NCBI GenBank assembly: GCA_963666285.1
Contig: OY762711.1
Length of the DNA: 64,000 bases
DNA from: Sedimentisphaerales bacterium
GTDB lineage: Bacteria; Planctomycetota; Phycisphaerae; Sedimentisphaerales; SM23-30
Strand: one strand, 5' to 3'
This document shows, one piece after another, positions 38,168 to 48,753 of this stretch. The notes under the pieces were generated by a model. It was given only the letters and a program-made list of their open reading frames with translations, was not told the DNA's origin and ran no database searches. Every line of letters begins with the position of its first letter. Position 1 is the first letter of the stretch. The translations under genes and the position numbers were made by a program.

Positions 38168-39790
38168 ATGAGTATGTCATCAATCAAGAGAGCACTTGTT
38201 TCGGTTTCGGACAAGAGCGGTATAGTAGAATTTGCCCGTGCACTAAGCAGCATGGAAGTTGAAATCATAAGTACCGGCGGCACAGCAAAGGCTTTGAAAG
38301 ATGCCGGGGTTAAAGTAATCAATATAGATGATGTAACCGGTTTTCCGGAGATGATGAACGGCCGAGTAAAAACACTCCACCCGAAAATTCACGGCGGATT
38401 ACTGGCTTTACGAGACAATACTGAACATGTCAAGGCAATGGAAGAAAACGGAATTAATGCTATCGACCTGGTATGTGTAAACCTGTATCCATTTGAACAA
38501 ACAGTAGCCAAGCCAGATTGCAGTTTTGAAGATGCAATCGAAAACATCGATATCGGCGGCCCGAGCATGGTGCGATCAGCAGCAAAAAATCACAAATTTG
38601 TTGCCATTGTAACATCTCCTGATCAATACGATACAATTATCGAAGAGATGAAGGCAAATGACGGAGCAGTAACAGATCAGACGAAACGAGAACTGGCAAG
38701 AAAGGCCTTTTCACTGACAGCGGCTTATGATTCTGCTATCAGTAACTGGCTAAACGGCCAGGCGGAAGATAATCTGCCGGAGAAAAAAACCATATCCCTT
38801 GTCCGCAGCAGCGAACTTCGCTACGGCGAGAACCCCCATCAACAGGCCGCGTTCTACCAGCTGGCAAGAAACAGCGGTGAACCTTGTGTCGCTAACGCCA
38901 GGCAACTGGAAGGCGGCAAGCAAATCAGCTTCAATAACCTTATGGATACAAACGCTGCCTTTGAGCTGGTCAAGGAATTTGATATGCCCGCGTCAGTAGT
39001 CGTAAAACACATGAACCCATGCGGCTGTGCGATAGACTCGGACAATATTGTAGAAGCATATCGAAAAGCATATTGTGCAGATGTAACCAGCGCATTCGGC
39101 GGTATCCTGGCATTTAACAGGCCGGTAACAGCTGAGCTGGCAGATGCCATATGCGAAAGCTACGGACGCTGGGGCAAAGATCTTGGCGCTGCCGGATTCT
39201 TTGCTGAAGTTATCATAGCGCCCGCATTTGATGCCGAAGCAGTTGAAATTATCCGTACCCGCAAACGCTGGGGACGTGAAGATGCCAGACTCCTGGAAAC
39301 CGGCCCTATCGATCGCAGCCTTATTGATTGCTGCGAACATGATGTAAGATGCATTGCCGGCGGTATATTATTACAGGAGCGTGACCTGATCGGCTGGGAA
39401 GAAGATCAGATAAAATGTGTTACCAAACGGCAGCCGGACGATCAGGAGCTAATCGACCTGAAACTGGCATGGATAGTAGCCAAGCATGTCAAGAGCAATA
39501 CAATTGTTCTGGCTAAGGATAATGCCGCGGTAGGAGTAGGAGCCGGCCAGATGAACCGGGTTGATTCCGGCATGCTGGCAATTCGTCAGGCAGGTGATAA
39601 GTCCCAGGGTTCGGTAATGGCATCAGATGCATTTTTCCCATTCCCGGACAATGTAACACAGGCAGCCAAAGCCGGCATAACCGCAATTGTTCAACCGGGC
39701 GGCTCGAAAAATGATCAGCTAAGTATTGATGAATGCGATAACCACGATATGGCAATGGTATTTACAGGTAAGAGACACTTTAAACACTGA
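38168..39790 (+). CDS. purH: Bifunctional AICAR transformylase/IMP cyclohydrolase
   Basis: ALVSVSDK, GRVKTLHP, ENIDIGGP, LRYGENPHQ, SDAFFP and terminal RHFKH. Confidence 0.97.
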   Translation: MSMSSIKRALVSVSDKSGIVEFARALSSMEVEIISTGGTAKALKDAGVKVINIDDVTGFPEMMNGRVKTLHPKIHGGLLALRDNTEHVKAMEENGINAIDLVCVNLYPFEQTVAKPDCSFEDAIENIDIGGPSMVRSAAKNHKFVAIVTSPDQYDTIIEEMKANDGAVTDQTKRELARKAFSLTAAYDSAISNWLNGQAEDNLPEKKTISLVRSSELRYGENPHQQAAFYQLARNSGEPCVANARQLEGGKQISFNNLMDTNAAFELVKEFDMPASVVVKHMNPCGCAIDSDNIVEAYRKAYCADVTSAFGGILAFNRPVTAELADAICESYGRWGKDLGAAGFFAEVIIAPAFDAEAVEIIRTRKRWGREDARLLETGPIDRSLIDCCEHDVRCIAGGILLQERDLIGWEEDQIKCVTKRQPDDQELIDLKLAWIVAKHVKSNTIVLAKDNAAVGVGAGQMNRVDSGMLAIRQAGDKSQGSVMASDAFFPFPDNVTQAAKAGITAIVQPGGSKNDQLSIDECDNHDMAMVFTGKRHFKH

Positions 39791-39852
39791 TCAGACAGGA
39801 CCTAATAACATTGGTATTACCATAATCAAGACTTTTAGGATAAACAAATAAA

Positions 39853-41766
39853 TTGGCTAAGACAGAAAACAAAACCGAACAAAACCGCCGCAGTTTATCT
39901 GCTGATGGTTTGATAAACTTTTCCGCCAGCAGATTATGGCTTACCGATGGTGCCCTTATGGTACACGATCGAGGGGTGTGTCTGCTCAGCTGGCTGTTTA
40001 ATATTGCCTTGTACCTGATATTGTGCAGTTTTTACAACCGCATAATGACCGGGCAATTCTGGATCGCCGGAGTAAACGCAGAGATAAGGTATATCATCCC
40101 CAATTTCCTGTCTCCGATCAACATATTTGAATTTCCGGCCTATATCCTGCTCTTTGGCGCATTTATGGCAATGATTATAGCGATTCCAATGCTGGTTTCT
40201 CAGCTGTATAACCTGTTTTATGCCCTGCCACTGGTTCTAGTCGGTCTGCTATTATGCCATGACCTGCCAATGTCTCTAAGCATATTTTTTGCCTGCGCGG
40301 CAGTAAGTTTCGATCCGCTACGTTTCAAATCCAAATTTGTCGCGGCGGTCTTATGTATGGCACCTGTCGTTTTTTACTGGGTCGTTTTTGCCGGGCCAAA
40401 TCCCTGGCAGGACAGCGATGCGTTAAGGTGGGCAATTGCTTACAGTCCCCTGGCATTTGCATATTTGAACTGCATACTGATATTTGGCATTACCTTGCTT
40501 ATCGGGCACTTTACCCGTTACAAACCATTTCTGATAGTGCTGGTTTTTCTGGCAACGCTGGGAGTTTCCATATGGCAGTTCTGTGATCGAATAGGCATTA
40601 ATGAACGTGATTTTCGTGCCGAGGTTGTTTCATTCAGTCCCAAGAACATGTCTGAGTTTCAAGACAGAAGCATCGTGCCTTTGATAGAAAAAGAGCGGGC
40701 TGCAATCAAACAGGAACAGCCATATCTAAGTGATGAAGCAATTGACAGCAAAATCAAATTCAGGTGGCGTTGGGCGTTTGCCCTGGAGCCAACTAATGTT
40801 ACGCCGGACTCAGAGGCCGCCAGGATAAGGATTAATATAGCAACAGCCAAAGAGCGGGCAATTGATTCGTTTAAGGGTTTTGTGGAACGTCATCCAAACA
40901 GTAAAAGGCTGGCTGAAGTGCTATACTATCGCGCCTTGACTATCGATATGATAGTTGACCAGCGAGCACTTCGATTTGAAGATTCCCTGAGGTTCACATC
41001 AGAATATACCTCTGAAGAATCTGAATTCCTGTGGCGGGCAATAAAAGAAAAATTCCCTGACAGCATATTTGCGATAGAAGCCAGACTCAGACTGGCACAT
41101 CTGCTGGCAGGTAAAAAACCAACTAATGTAACCGGCACATATAATTTCGACCAGGCAATACTGCTGCTGAAAGACAACCTGGAAACATGCAAAAACAGGA
41201 TAGAACTGATGCGAGCTGAGAGCGGTAAAGATCAACCGCTAGCCGAAACAATAGACGCAATCTTTTTGAAGCCGGAACCAGCTATTACACTGGCCGAGGC
41301 AGAGCAGCTGCAGAAAAGAATTGAAAAGCTAATCTCCCTGATCAGCCTGGAAAACCGGGCCGGCAACCTGAGACATGAGAAACGCCTGGCAGATTTTATC
41401 ATGCTGAACCCCAGTCAGCTGGGGTATGAAGATAAACTGAAAGAGCTGCTGCTGGATAGTCCCAAACCAGACCCACTCATTGACAATATCGAACTGGAGC
41501 TTGCCAGGATAACGCAGAATATCGATGAAAAAGATATCAAGCTAATGAATATTGTTAAGGAATACCCTGAAACTGACGGCGGTATTGCCGCAATGGTAGA
41601 ACTGTCTGACCTGCTGACAAAAAAGATATCACGGACTGACAAACCAGGCGAAAAAGAGATATACAGCAAACAGATAATAGAGCTGTTAAACAAAGTTATA
41701 AGTACGAGAGGTGACAGCTACCTGGCACGCCAAGCCCAAAAAATGCTGGAAACAATGAATAACTAA
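39853..41766 (+). CDS. Hypothetical multi-TM membrane protein with TPR-like helical C-terminal domain
   Basis: About 6-7 hydrophobic segments, then repeated F/Y-P-x-S-xxA helical motifs (HPNSKRL, FPDSIFA, YPETDGG). TTG start. Confidence 0.7.
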   Translation: MAKTENKTEQNRRSLSADGLINFSASRLWLTDGALMVHDRGVCLLSWLFNIALYLILCSFYNRIMTGQFWIAGVNAEIRYIIPNFLSPINIFEFPAYILLFGAFMAMIIAIPMLVSQLYNLFYALPLVLVGLLLCHDLPMSLSIFFACAAVSFDPLRFKSKFVAAVLCMAPVVFYWVVFAGPNPWQDSDALRWAIAYSPLAFAYLNCILIFGITLLIGHFTRYKPFLIVLVFLATLGVSIWQFCDRIGINERDFRAEVVSFSPKNMSEFQDRSIVPLIEKERAAIKQEQPYLSDEAIDSKIKFRWRWAFALEPTNVTPDSEAARIRINIATAKERAIDSFKGFVERHPNSKRLAEVLYYRALTIDMIVDQRALRFEDSLRFTSEYTSEESEFLWRAIKEKFPDSIFAIEARLRLAHLLAGKKPTNVTGTYNFDQAILLLKDNLETCKNRIELMRAESGKDQPLAETIDAIFLKPEPAITLAEAEQLQKRIEKLISLISLENRAGNLRHEKRLADFIMLNPSQLGYEDKLKELLLDSPKPDPLIDNIELELARITQNIDEKDIKLMNIVKEYPETDGGIAAMVELSDLLTKKISRTDKPGEKEIYSKQIIELLNKVISTRGDSYLARQAQKMLETMNN

Positions 41767-41842
41767 TATGCCGACAATAGTTGTAACGCAACAGCAGTTC
41801 ATCTAAACATGCCATTTCCAATTTTATTATCTAATCTTTTCT

Positions 41843-41894
41843 AAGTGCGATTTATGCTGCGTATCATATGCATGGCGCACTTTTGCATGTTCAA
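41843..41894. repeat. Truncated copy D of the dispersed repeat
   Basis: AAGTGCG-ATTTATGCTGCGTATCATATGCATGG-CGCACTTTTGCATGTTCAA matches the 5' part of copy A, including its expanded loop, then similarity stops. Confidence 0.8.
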
Positions 41895-42158
41895 GGGATC
41901 CGCAATAATGAAATCTGTTTAATAATTTCATTTATAAAAGATTTTGTCATTTTTGATGAAGTATTGAATAAGCTGCAAAAAAGAACCGTAGAAAATATAG
42001 AGCATTGTCAGAATTGCTTCTGCAAATATCATTGTGCCGGGGATTGCCTTACCAGGTCAACAGTTGGAATTACGTTGGATGTAATAACAGACAATACGCG
42101 ATGTATAATTAATCAATCTTTGACACTAGATAAAACTGTCGAGCAATTAGAAGAATAG
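41868..42158 (+). pseudogene. Remnant 3' end of a radical SAM/SPASM gene
   Basis: Only CQNCFCKYHCAGDC...C (SPASM-type) is present, with no radical SAM core; the ORF start lies inside repeat copy D. Confidence 0.65.
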
Positions 42159-42225
42159 TTTATATCTCAAATTAATTGATCTGGATAAAATAACCTGTTT
42201 CAAAACAATTCGTGCAAAATAAGTA

Positions 42226-42795
42226 TCAAAGCCTGGCAGGAAGATCTGAGCGGAAAGGACATCCTTTTCTCGGTTTTGCCTCGGCATTGACAAGGTCATC
42301 AGCCATTTTTTGAGTTAACCGCCATTCATCCTCAGAAATTCGGCTTTTTCTATTTTCGATAATGCCAATATCATCAGAAAGAAACTCGGCAATCAGAGGC
42401 CGAAAATTTGAATATTGTCTATAACTGCAAGGTCCCTGAATTATATCCCGAACAACTTCACTGCCAACAAAATAGGTGTTAACAGTTAAAAGTCTGGATC
42501 CTTTTGACAGTTCATAATCCCTAACAAAACGTTTAGGAAACTTCATATTGACAACGCAATCCAATTCGTCTGTATACGCTGCAACAATCAGGTCTGGCCG
42601 GGTACGGATTACAATTGCGGCCCTACTATCGCCATACAGTAAATGTTCATCAAAATATTCTTCAGGAATTCTATAGCGAATACTAAAAAAACTCCACCAG
42701 GGAAATTTTTTCCTGAAGATATCCAGCTTTTTCCTGCTAAGCCTTACTCCAACTGGGTCACTAGCTTTAGAATTATGGTCCAGATACTTTGCCAT
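42226..42795 (-). CDS. Hypothetical protein (possibly DUF3239-like)
   Basis: 189-aa ORF starting 5 nt after the metG stop; YGDSRAAIV..LIVAAYTD motif. Confidence 0.65.
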   Translation of the reverse strand: MAKYLDHNSKASDPVGVRLSRKKLDIFRKKFPWWSFFSIRYRIPEEYFDEHLLYGDSRAAIVIRTRPDLIVAAYTDELDCVVNMKFPKRFVRDYELSKGSRLLTVNTYFVGSEVVRDIIQGPCSYRQYSNFRPLIAEFLSDDIGIIENRKSRISEDEWRLTQKMADDLVNAEAKPRKGCPFRSDLPARL

Positions 42796-42800
42796 TATAT

Positions 42801-44792
42801 CTATAATTTCTCAGATACTTCCTTTTCGAAGAAGTCGAATTTAGGCGGTACCTCGATGAACTTATGCGATTGAAGGTCATTGACATAATCCTGAACCGGC
42901 GAGAAGATCATTTCCCAGTTCCAGAGCGATTTATCCAGATTGAGATATTCAGCGATGATCTCAGTACCCTTCGGAGCTATCGGATGCAGCAGTTTGGTCG
43001 CAACCAGTACCATATGGAAGACATCTGCCAGGGTCTGCTGACGCAGTTCTTCCTCGCAGCTGTCGTAGAACGGATTGGCGGCCGACCATCGTTTGTTCAT
43101 CTCGCGGATAAAGTTTGTCAGGAGCATAGTGGTCTTGTGGAACTCATGGCTCTGCATGTCGCGTTCGAACTGCAGGATAGTATCGTTACAGATAGTCATA
43201 ACTTCATCGGAAATTTCAGATGCCGGTAATTGGCAATCGTAGAATTTCTGCGAGGTATAGAAGCATGATCGAACGGCCTTATTGAAGGCATTACATAGCA
43301 GGTTGCCTTCCTTGAGGACAGGGTCGGGATCACGTTCGGTAGCTTTCGGGTTGTATGGTTTCGGCTGGAAACTGACGTTTTTCATGCCGAGGCCGAGGCT
43401 GTTGAAGTGCATACGAAGCTGATCGGAGGTATAATGCTCCAGCAGCTCAAAGGCCAGCGGAGGTTTGACCTTACTGGAAGAGCTGGCCTTGATATTCATA
43501 AACAGCAGATGATGGTTGGCAATAAGGGTCGGCAGCTGCAGCTGGCCTTCGACCGGCATCTGCGGATTCGGCCCTTGTGTACCAGTAAAAATGGCAAGTT
43601 CGGGCAGAGCATAGAAATAGATATTATCTTCGCCGATAAACTGATAGATAGCGGTATCAGGCGAGCACCACCAGTCCTGCCATTTATTATTATCTTTATG
43701 GGTATCGGTGTTTTCGAGGAATGTTTTGGTAAATGAGATCGGTGCCCAGAGCGATTCTGGCCATACCCAGAAAGTTAGTCCTGAAAGCGAGTCAATTTCC
43801 GGGACGGGCAGTCCCCAATCGAGATTACCTGTCAGGCGAAACGGTACGAGGCATTTTTCGCTGCGATATAGGACATCGTTATCTCGCAAAACGATTTTTG
43901 CGGTATCCCTGTCGGCGAGGTTATTGAAAAGCAGCCGCACTGAAGGTTTACCATCATCAATATATTCGTGCTCGGGCAATTTAGACAGAACCGGCTGTAG
44001 ATTTTCGACCTGCTTACGAGTGATATGCAGGGTCGGTTTGACCAGATACTCTTTAATAGTGCGAATAACGACTTCTCGGCATTTACCAGAGTTTTCCAGA
44101 TCACTAACCCATTGAGCAATAAGTTTCTCGAACTCCGGGGTTTTGATATACCAGTTAGTAACATCTTTCATAACCGGAGTTTCGCCGGTCACAGCACTTT
44201 TAGGAGCGATGAGGTCTTCCGGTTCATACTGATGACCGAGAGAACATTCATCGGCATAGGCATTTTCAGATTTACAGCCGTAAACCGGGCAGCGGCCAAT
44301 CACCTGGCGACCGTTAAGGAAAGTATCACTTTCGGGGTCGTAGAACTGCTTGGTAGTAAGCTTTTCCAGGTGGCCGTTTTCGTAGAGGGTCTTGATCAGA
44401 TACTCTGCGATGTCCTTATGGTTGGCATATGCCGGGTCGAGACTGGAGGCAGCAAACAAATTCAATTTGACATTATAATCAGAAATTGTTTCGCGCTGCT
44501 TTTTGTGGTTGCGTTTGATATAGTCATCTAGCGAACCCTGGAAGCTGCCGTCGGCGACGACCTTGTTGTAGTCATTAACAATCGGCGAGCCAAAACAGTC
44601 GGTACCGGAGACAAAGACAACATTGTCATATCCGATCCGGTCGCGTAGAAAGCGGGCATAGATATCAGCAGGGATAAAAACACCGCCGATATGTCCGAAA
44701 TGGAGGTCTTTGTTGCCGTATGGCATGCCTGCTGTTATAACTGCACGTTTAGGAAACTGTGGTCTGTTTGTATTATCAATTTTAACTGACAT
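42801..44792 (-). CDS. metG: Methionyl-tRNA synthetase (class I, atypical motifs)
   Basis: GMPYGN..LHFGH (HIGH-like), SGTDC, zinc knuckle CPVYGC..DECSLGH, IGEDNIYF and KASSS in the KMSKS position. Confidence 0.85.
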   Translation of the reverse strand: MSVKIDNTNRPQFPKRAVITAGMPYGNKDLHFGHIGGVFIPADIYARFLRDRIGYDNVVFVSGTDCFGSPIVNDYNKVVADGSFQGSLDDYIKRNHKKQRETISDYNVKLNLFAASSLDPAYANHKDIAEYLIKTLYENGHLEKLTTKQFYDPESDTFLNGRQVIGRCPVYGCKSENAYADECSLGHQYEPEDLIAPKSAVTGETPVMKDVTNWYIKTPEFEKLIAQWVSDLENSGKCREVVIRTIKEYLVKPTLHITRKQVENLQPVLSKLPEHEYIDDGKPSVRLLFNNLADRDTAKIVLRDNDVLYRSEKCLVPFRLTGNLDWGLPVPEIDSLSGLTFWVWPESLWAPISFTKTFLENTDTHKDNNKWQDWWCSPDTAIYQFIGEDNIYFYALPELAIFTGTQGPNPQMPVEGQLQLPTLIANHHLLFMNIKASSSSKVKPPLAFELLEHYTSDQLRMHFNSLGLGMKNVSFQPKPYNPKATERDPDPVLKEGNLLCNAFNKAVRSCFYTSQKFYDCQLPASEISDEVMTICNDTILQFERDMQSHEFHKTTMLLTNFIREMNKRWSAANPFYDSCEEELRQQTLADVFHMVLVATKLLHPIAPKGTEIIAEYLNLDKSLWNWEMIFSPVQDYVNDLQSHKFIEVPPKFDFFEKEVSEKL

Positions 44793-44822
44793 ACTTATTT
44801 CTCTTCAATTTAGAATGTGTAT

Positions 44823-46970
44823 TTATTCATTTTCTTTTTCAGCGTGGGCTCCGAACTGCATCTGGTACAGCTGTTTGTACAAAGGAGATTTCTCGAGCAG
44901 CTCGGTATGTGATCCGGTCGCGACAATACGTCCTTTTTCCATAACAACAATCACATCGGCATCAAGAATTGTACTAAGCCTGTGAGCGATAATAAACGAA
45001 GTACGGCCCTGGGAGAATTCTCTTAGAGCTGCCTGGATCTTGGCCTCACTGTCAGAATCGATCTGGCTGGTAGCCTCGTCGAAAATCAGGATAGCCGGAT
45101 CACGCAGAATGGCACGGGCAATCGCCAGACGCTGCAGCTGGCCGCCGGAAAGGGTTGAGCCCTGTTCGCCGATCATCTCATCATAGCGGTTAGCCTTTTC
45201 ATTTATAAATTCATCAGCGTAGGCATGTTTTGCCGCTTCCTGAATCTTTTCCAGCGGAGCATCGGGCATGCCGTAAGCAATATTGTTGGCAATAGTATCG
45301 TTAAATATAACCGTATTCTGGGTGACGATTCCAAGCTGGCCTCGAAGCGAGCTGAGGGTAGCTTTTGTAATATCGACGCCATCAATCATTATTCTACCGC
45401 TGTTAAGAGAAAAGAACCGTGGAATCATGCTAAGCAGCGTAGTCTTGCCGGAGCCGTTTGGCCCGACAACAGCAATAGTCTGACCTGCTTTAACAGAAAG
45501 GTTAATATCAACCAGGTTAGGCTCAGGGCTGCCGGGGTAAGTAAAGCTTACATCACGGAACTCGATCGATTCCCGGACAGGCGGGATCTCAACGGCATCC
45601 GGGTCGTCCTGCTCAATTTCCCTGTCAAATAGTTCATAAACCCGCTGGGCCGAGGCATTGGCTTCCTGGATAGAAGGGATAACATCGCCAAGCTTACGGC
45701 CGCTTTCACCTGCGGTAGCTAAAAGAGCTATCAAAGTGATAAAATTTTCAATTGTCATTTCGCTGCCTTCAAGCATACGAAGGGCAAAGAACATACCGAT
45801 GCAACCACCTGCAAAGGCAAGAGCTTCAATAGTCGGACTTGAAGAAGCCTCAACCTTGGCCTTTTTGAGCTGTTTTTTGAGGAGATTATTGTTAACTTTG
45901 ACAAAACGCTCGGTTTCCCACTCTTCCCGATGGTAGCCCTTGACAACTTTTATGCCAAAGAAAGCTTCCTGGAGTTTGCCGAGGAGTAAGGACCATCGCT
46001 TTAATGTCCTGGTAGTCGCTTTTTTGCTTTTTTTGCCAATTCGACCAATGACAATTAAAATAATCGGTCCGGCACACGCAGTAATAAGCGTTATCTTTGG
46101 CTCAATCTGGTAAGCCCCGATAAACAGAGCAATAACAGTCAGAGGTTCGCGGACAGCTTTACCAAACAAAATGGAAATACCACGCCTGACACGGTTACTA
46201 TCCTGGATAAAACGGCTGATAGTATCGCTAACACCTTCGTTGGTATAAAAACTGAGCGGCATACGAATAGTACGAGTAAAAGTTTCATTTCGTAAATTCT
46301 GTATAGCCACCAATGATATTTTCTTCACTATATACTCATGGGAAAATCTGGCAACACACCTGATAATAGCAATAACAAGTATGGTCCAAATGCAAACAGC
46401 TATACACCGGTACTTATAATCCTTACCAATACCTCGCGGAATTTTATCTACGACATATTTAGCTATATTAGAAAAACTAATTACCTTTTTGGCTTCTGGT
46501 TCGAGCTCGACAAGCTCTTCCGAACGATCACGATGCCTGACGAATACAAATACCTTTTCATCAGAATTGGCAATAGCGGCAATTGTATCAAGCGGATTTT
46601 TAACGGCAGGCTTATATGAATCCTGAGGAGCTTCAGTTAAAACTTCAAGAATTTCATCGCCAACCTTTAGATTATTATCTTCATCGTTCACTTCCAGCTT
46701 GGTAACCATAGGCGGGATGAAGCGAGAAATATTACCGTCACCAAACTCTTTCGGCTCTTCAATAAGTAAAGTGACACCGGTACGATCTTTAACAACAAAA
46801 CTGTCAACCCAGCCATGAAGCCCCTGATCGCTAAGCATCATTTTAAAAACAGGCAACATCATCGAGATATTTATTGCCATAAGGATACTTACAACAAAAG
46901 CCAGAATTACTGACGGGACCAGTAGTCCCTTTTGCTGGAAGACGTATTTTAGTATGCGTTTGAAATACAT
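44823..46970 (-). CDS. ABC exporter, fused TMD-NBD (MsbA-like) with a large periplasmic insertion
   Basis: GPNGSGKT, LSGGQ, DEATS and AHRLST motifs; TM helices; an extra soluble segment of over 100 aa after TM1. Confidence 0.9.
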   Translation of the reverse strand: MYFKRILKYVFQQKGLLVPSVILAFVVSILMAINISMMLPVFKMMLSDQGLHGWVDSFVVKDRTGVTLLIEEPKEFGDGNISRFIPPMVTKLEVNDEDNNLKVGDEILEVLTEAPQDSYKPAVKNPLDTIAAIANSDEKVFVFVRHRDRSEELVELEPEAKKVISFSNIAKYVVDKIPRGIGKDYKYRCIAVCIWTILVIAIIRCVARFSHEYIVKKISLVAIQNLRNETFTRTIRMPLSFYTNEGVSDTISRFIQDSNRVRRGISILFGKAVREPLTVIALFIGAYQIEPKITLITACAGPIILIVIGRIGKKSKKATTRTLKRWSLLLGKLQEAFFGIKVVKGYHREEWETERFVKVNNNLLKKQLKKAKVEASSSPTIEALAFAGGCIGMFFALRMLEGSEMTIENFITLIALLATAGESGRKLGDVIPSIQEANASAQRVYELFDREIEQDDPDAVEIPPVRESIEFRDVSFTYPGSPEPNLVDINLSVKAGQTIAVVGPNGSGKTTLLSMIPRFFSLNSGRIMIDGVDITKATLSSLRGQLGIVTQNTVIFNDTIANNIAYGMPDAPLEKIQEAAKHAYADEFINEKANRYDEMIGEQGSTLSGGQLQRLAIARAILRDPAILIFDEATSQIDSDSEAKIQAALREFSQGRTSFIIAHRLSTILDADVIVVMEKGRIVATGSHTELLEKSPLYKQLYQMQFGAHAEKENE

Positions 46971-47112
46971 ATATTGTTCAACTGACAGCTAATAGTTTAT
47001 AACTAATAGCTAAGGTGTCGCTGTGCGACGGTTTTAATAATCAGCGTGGGTATTTGTATGCTTTCGGTGCAAAACTTACCACACTACATATTTACAAGCC
47101 ACACAAATAAAC

Positions 47113-48240
47113 TTATGGCAGGAATTTTTTTATGTCTTTAAGTTTGTCCGGCAGATATTGCTTAACAACAAAATCGAGGCCATGCTTGGCAAATGCCTGC
47201 TGTTCGACACGGACGCCGGCCTTAAGCATCTGAGTAATAGCTTTCTGCCATAGCTTATGATGATGAACAAAGGGGTCGTTCTTCATAGCATCCTTGGCAC
47301 GTTTGATATCGACATCTTTGAGCTTATGGGTCGGCAGCTCATAATCGATAACATCCTGAGGAGTAACGCCGAGGAACCTGGCCTGGGGTACACAGAAAAA
47401 CTCATTAAGGTGAGCGGCATTACCGGAACCAACCTTTAACGTACGGTAAATATTGAAATAACCGTAAGGATCGCCATCGACAAAGGCATATACAGGGATT
47501 TTCAACTCATCACTAAGCCGACGGATAAAACGACGGCAGGCACGAGTCGGTACGCCCCCCATACTGACAAGAATACACTGGGCGGAATCCCAATAGCCGT
47601 ATTTAACCAGACGCTGGAACATACCGGCGGTTTCGATAGCAAGTATGAATTTCGCCTTGCTGCGGAATTCCAGGTGTTCAACATCAATAGGAATAGAATA
47701 TGAACCGGAGCCAAACTTTGTGCAATCGATTCTCAGTCGTTTGCCGTCAAGGTCGCGGTCAATAACTTCAAGACGACCGGCAACTTCTCCGCCCTTTTCT
47801 TCCGGTATGAATTTCAGTTTTTCCCGGATAACACCAAACATGGCTTCAATATCTTCCATGACGGTATCAGACTCGGGCTGTTCCTTAAAGGCGGCATCTT
47901 CCCAGTTTTTACTGATATAATATGCTTCCCTCTTGGTAGCCATATCGTCCATTTCGATAAGCTCTTTACTGAGAGCCATCATTTTCATAGTCTGGGCGAA
48001 AGTTTTGACCGTATTAACTGTGAAATTACGTTCCTTAACATTCCCTTTAAGCTCGAAACATCCTTTTCTTTCATCATAGGAAACATTTGTCAACGATCTG
48101 ACCGGAATCCTCATATTCGGGATAGCCAGCCGATTTATCTTGGAATGGATATCCTTAGCGGATTCCTTGATCATTTTGATCACATCGATCTTATTTGCAC
48201 TGGAAGTTTTTTTGGTAGTTTTAGCTTCGGCCTTTGCCAT
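47113..48240 (-). CDS. top6A: DNA topoisomerase VI subunit A (Spo11-like)
   Basis: TKREAYY (catalytic Tyr region), QPESD, TOPRIM AIETAG and DGDPYG, LKVGSGNAAH, EQQA. ATG 48240 with GGAG SD. Confidence 0.92.
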   Translation of the reverse strand: MAKAEAKTTKKTSSANKIDVIKMIKESAKDIHSKINRLAIPNMRIPVRSLTNVSYDERKGCFELKGNVKERNFTVNTVKTFAQTMKMMALSKELIEMDDMATKREAYYISKNWEDAAFKEQPESDTVMEDIEAMFGVIREKLKFIPEEKGGEVAGRLEVIDRDLDGKRLRIDCTKFGSGSYSIPIDVEHLEFRSKAKFILAIETAGMFQRLVKYGYWDSAQCILVSMGGVPTRACRRFIRRLSDELKIPVYAFVDGDPYGYFNIYRTLKVGSGNAAHLNEFFCVPQARFLGVTPQDVIDYELPTHKLKDVDIKRAKDAMKNDPFVHHHKLWQKAITQMLKAGVRVEQQAFAKHGLDFVVKQYLPDKLKDIKKFLP

Positions 48241-48753
48241 ATATTGCTCCATCAATAAAATATAGAGAAACCTCAAGAAGCCGGCGACTTTCAGGCAGTC
48301 TAACTTAGGCTTCCAAAATCATTTCTCTCATTCCGGCAAACCAAAAAATATTGATCTATGCCAGAACATGTTAATCCTTTATATATAATAAAATCTACAT
48401 ATATTATTGTCATAAAGGTATCTTTTTCAAGCGTTTATGCAAATAATACAACATAAACTTTATTATTATCGGACATTTTGCTCTAAATGCCACAATAATA
48501 AAACGAAATATGATAACCTCCGGGCAGTCATGCCGCAACCAAAAAAGCAACCTGCATAAAGATGCGAGTGACCGAATACAGAAGAAAAAGTATTTTGAGT
48601 GATGATATCAAAATCAAATCTAACAACAACATTAAGCTATATAGATTTGGGCCTACCACACATCAATTAAGTCATTTTAAGTCAAATCAGGGTTAATAGA
48701 TACGCATTGTCCATTTAAATTAGTATAGATAAGCAAACAAGGGCATAAAAATA

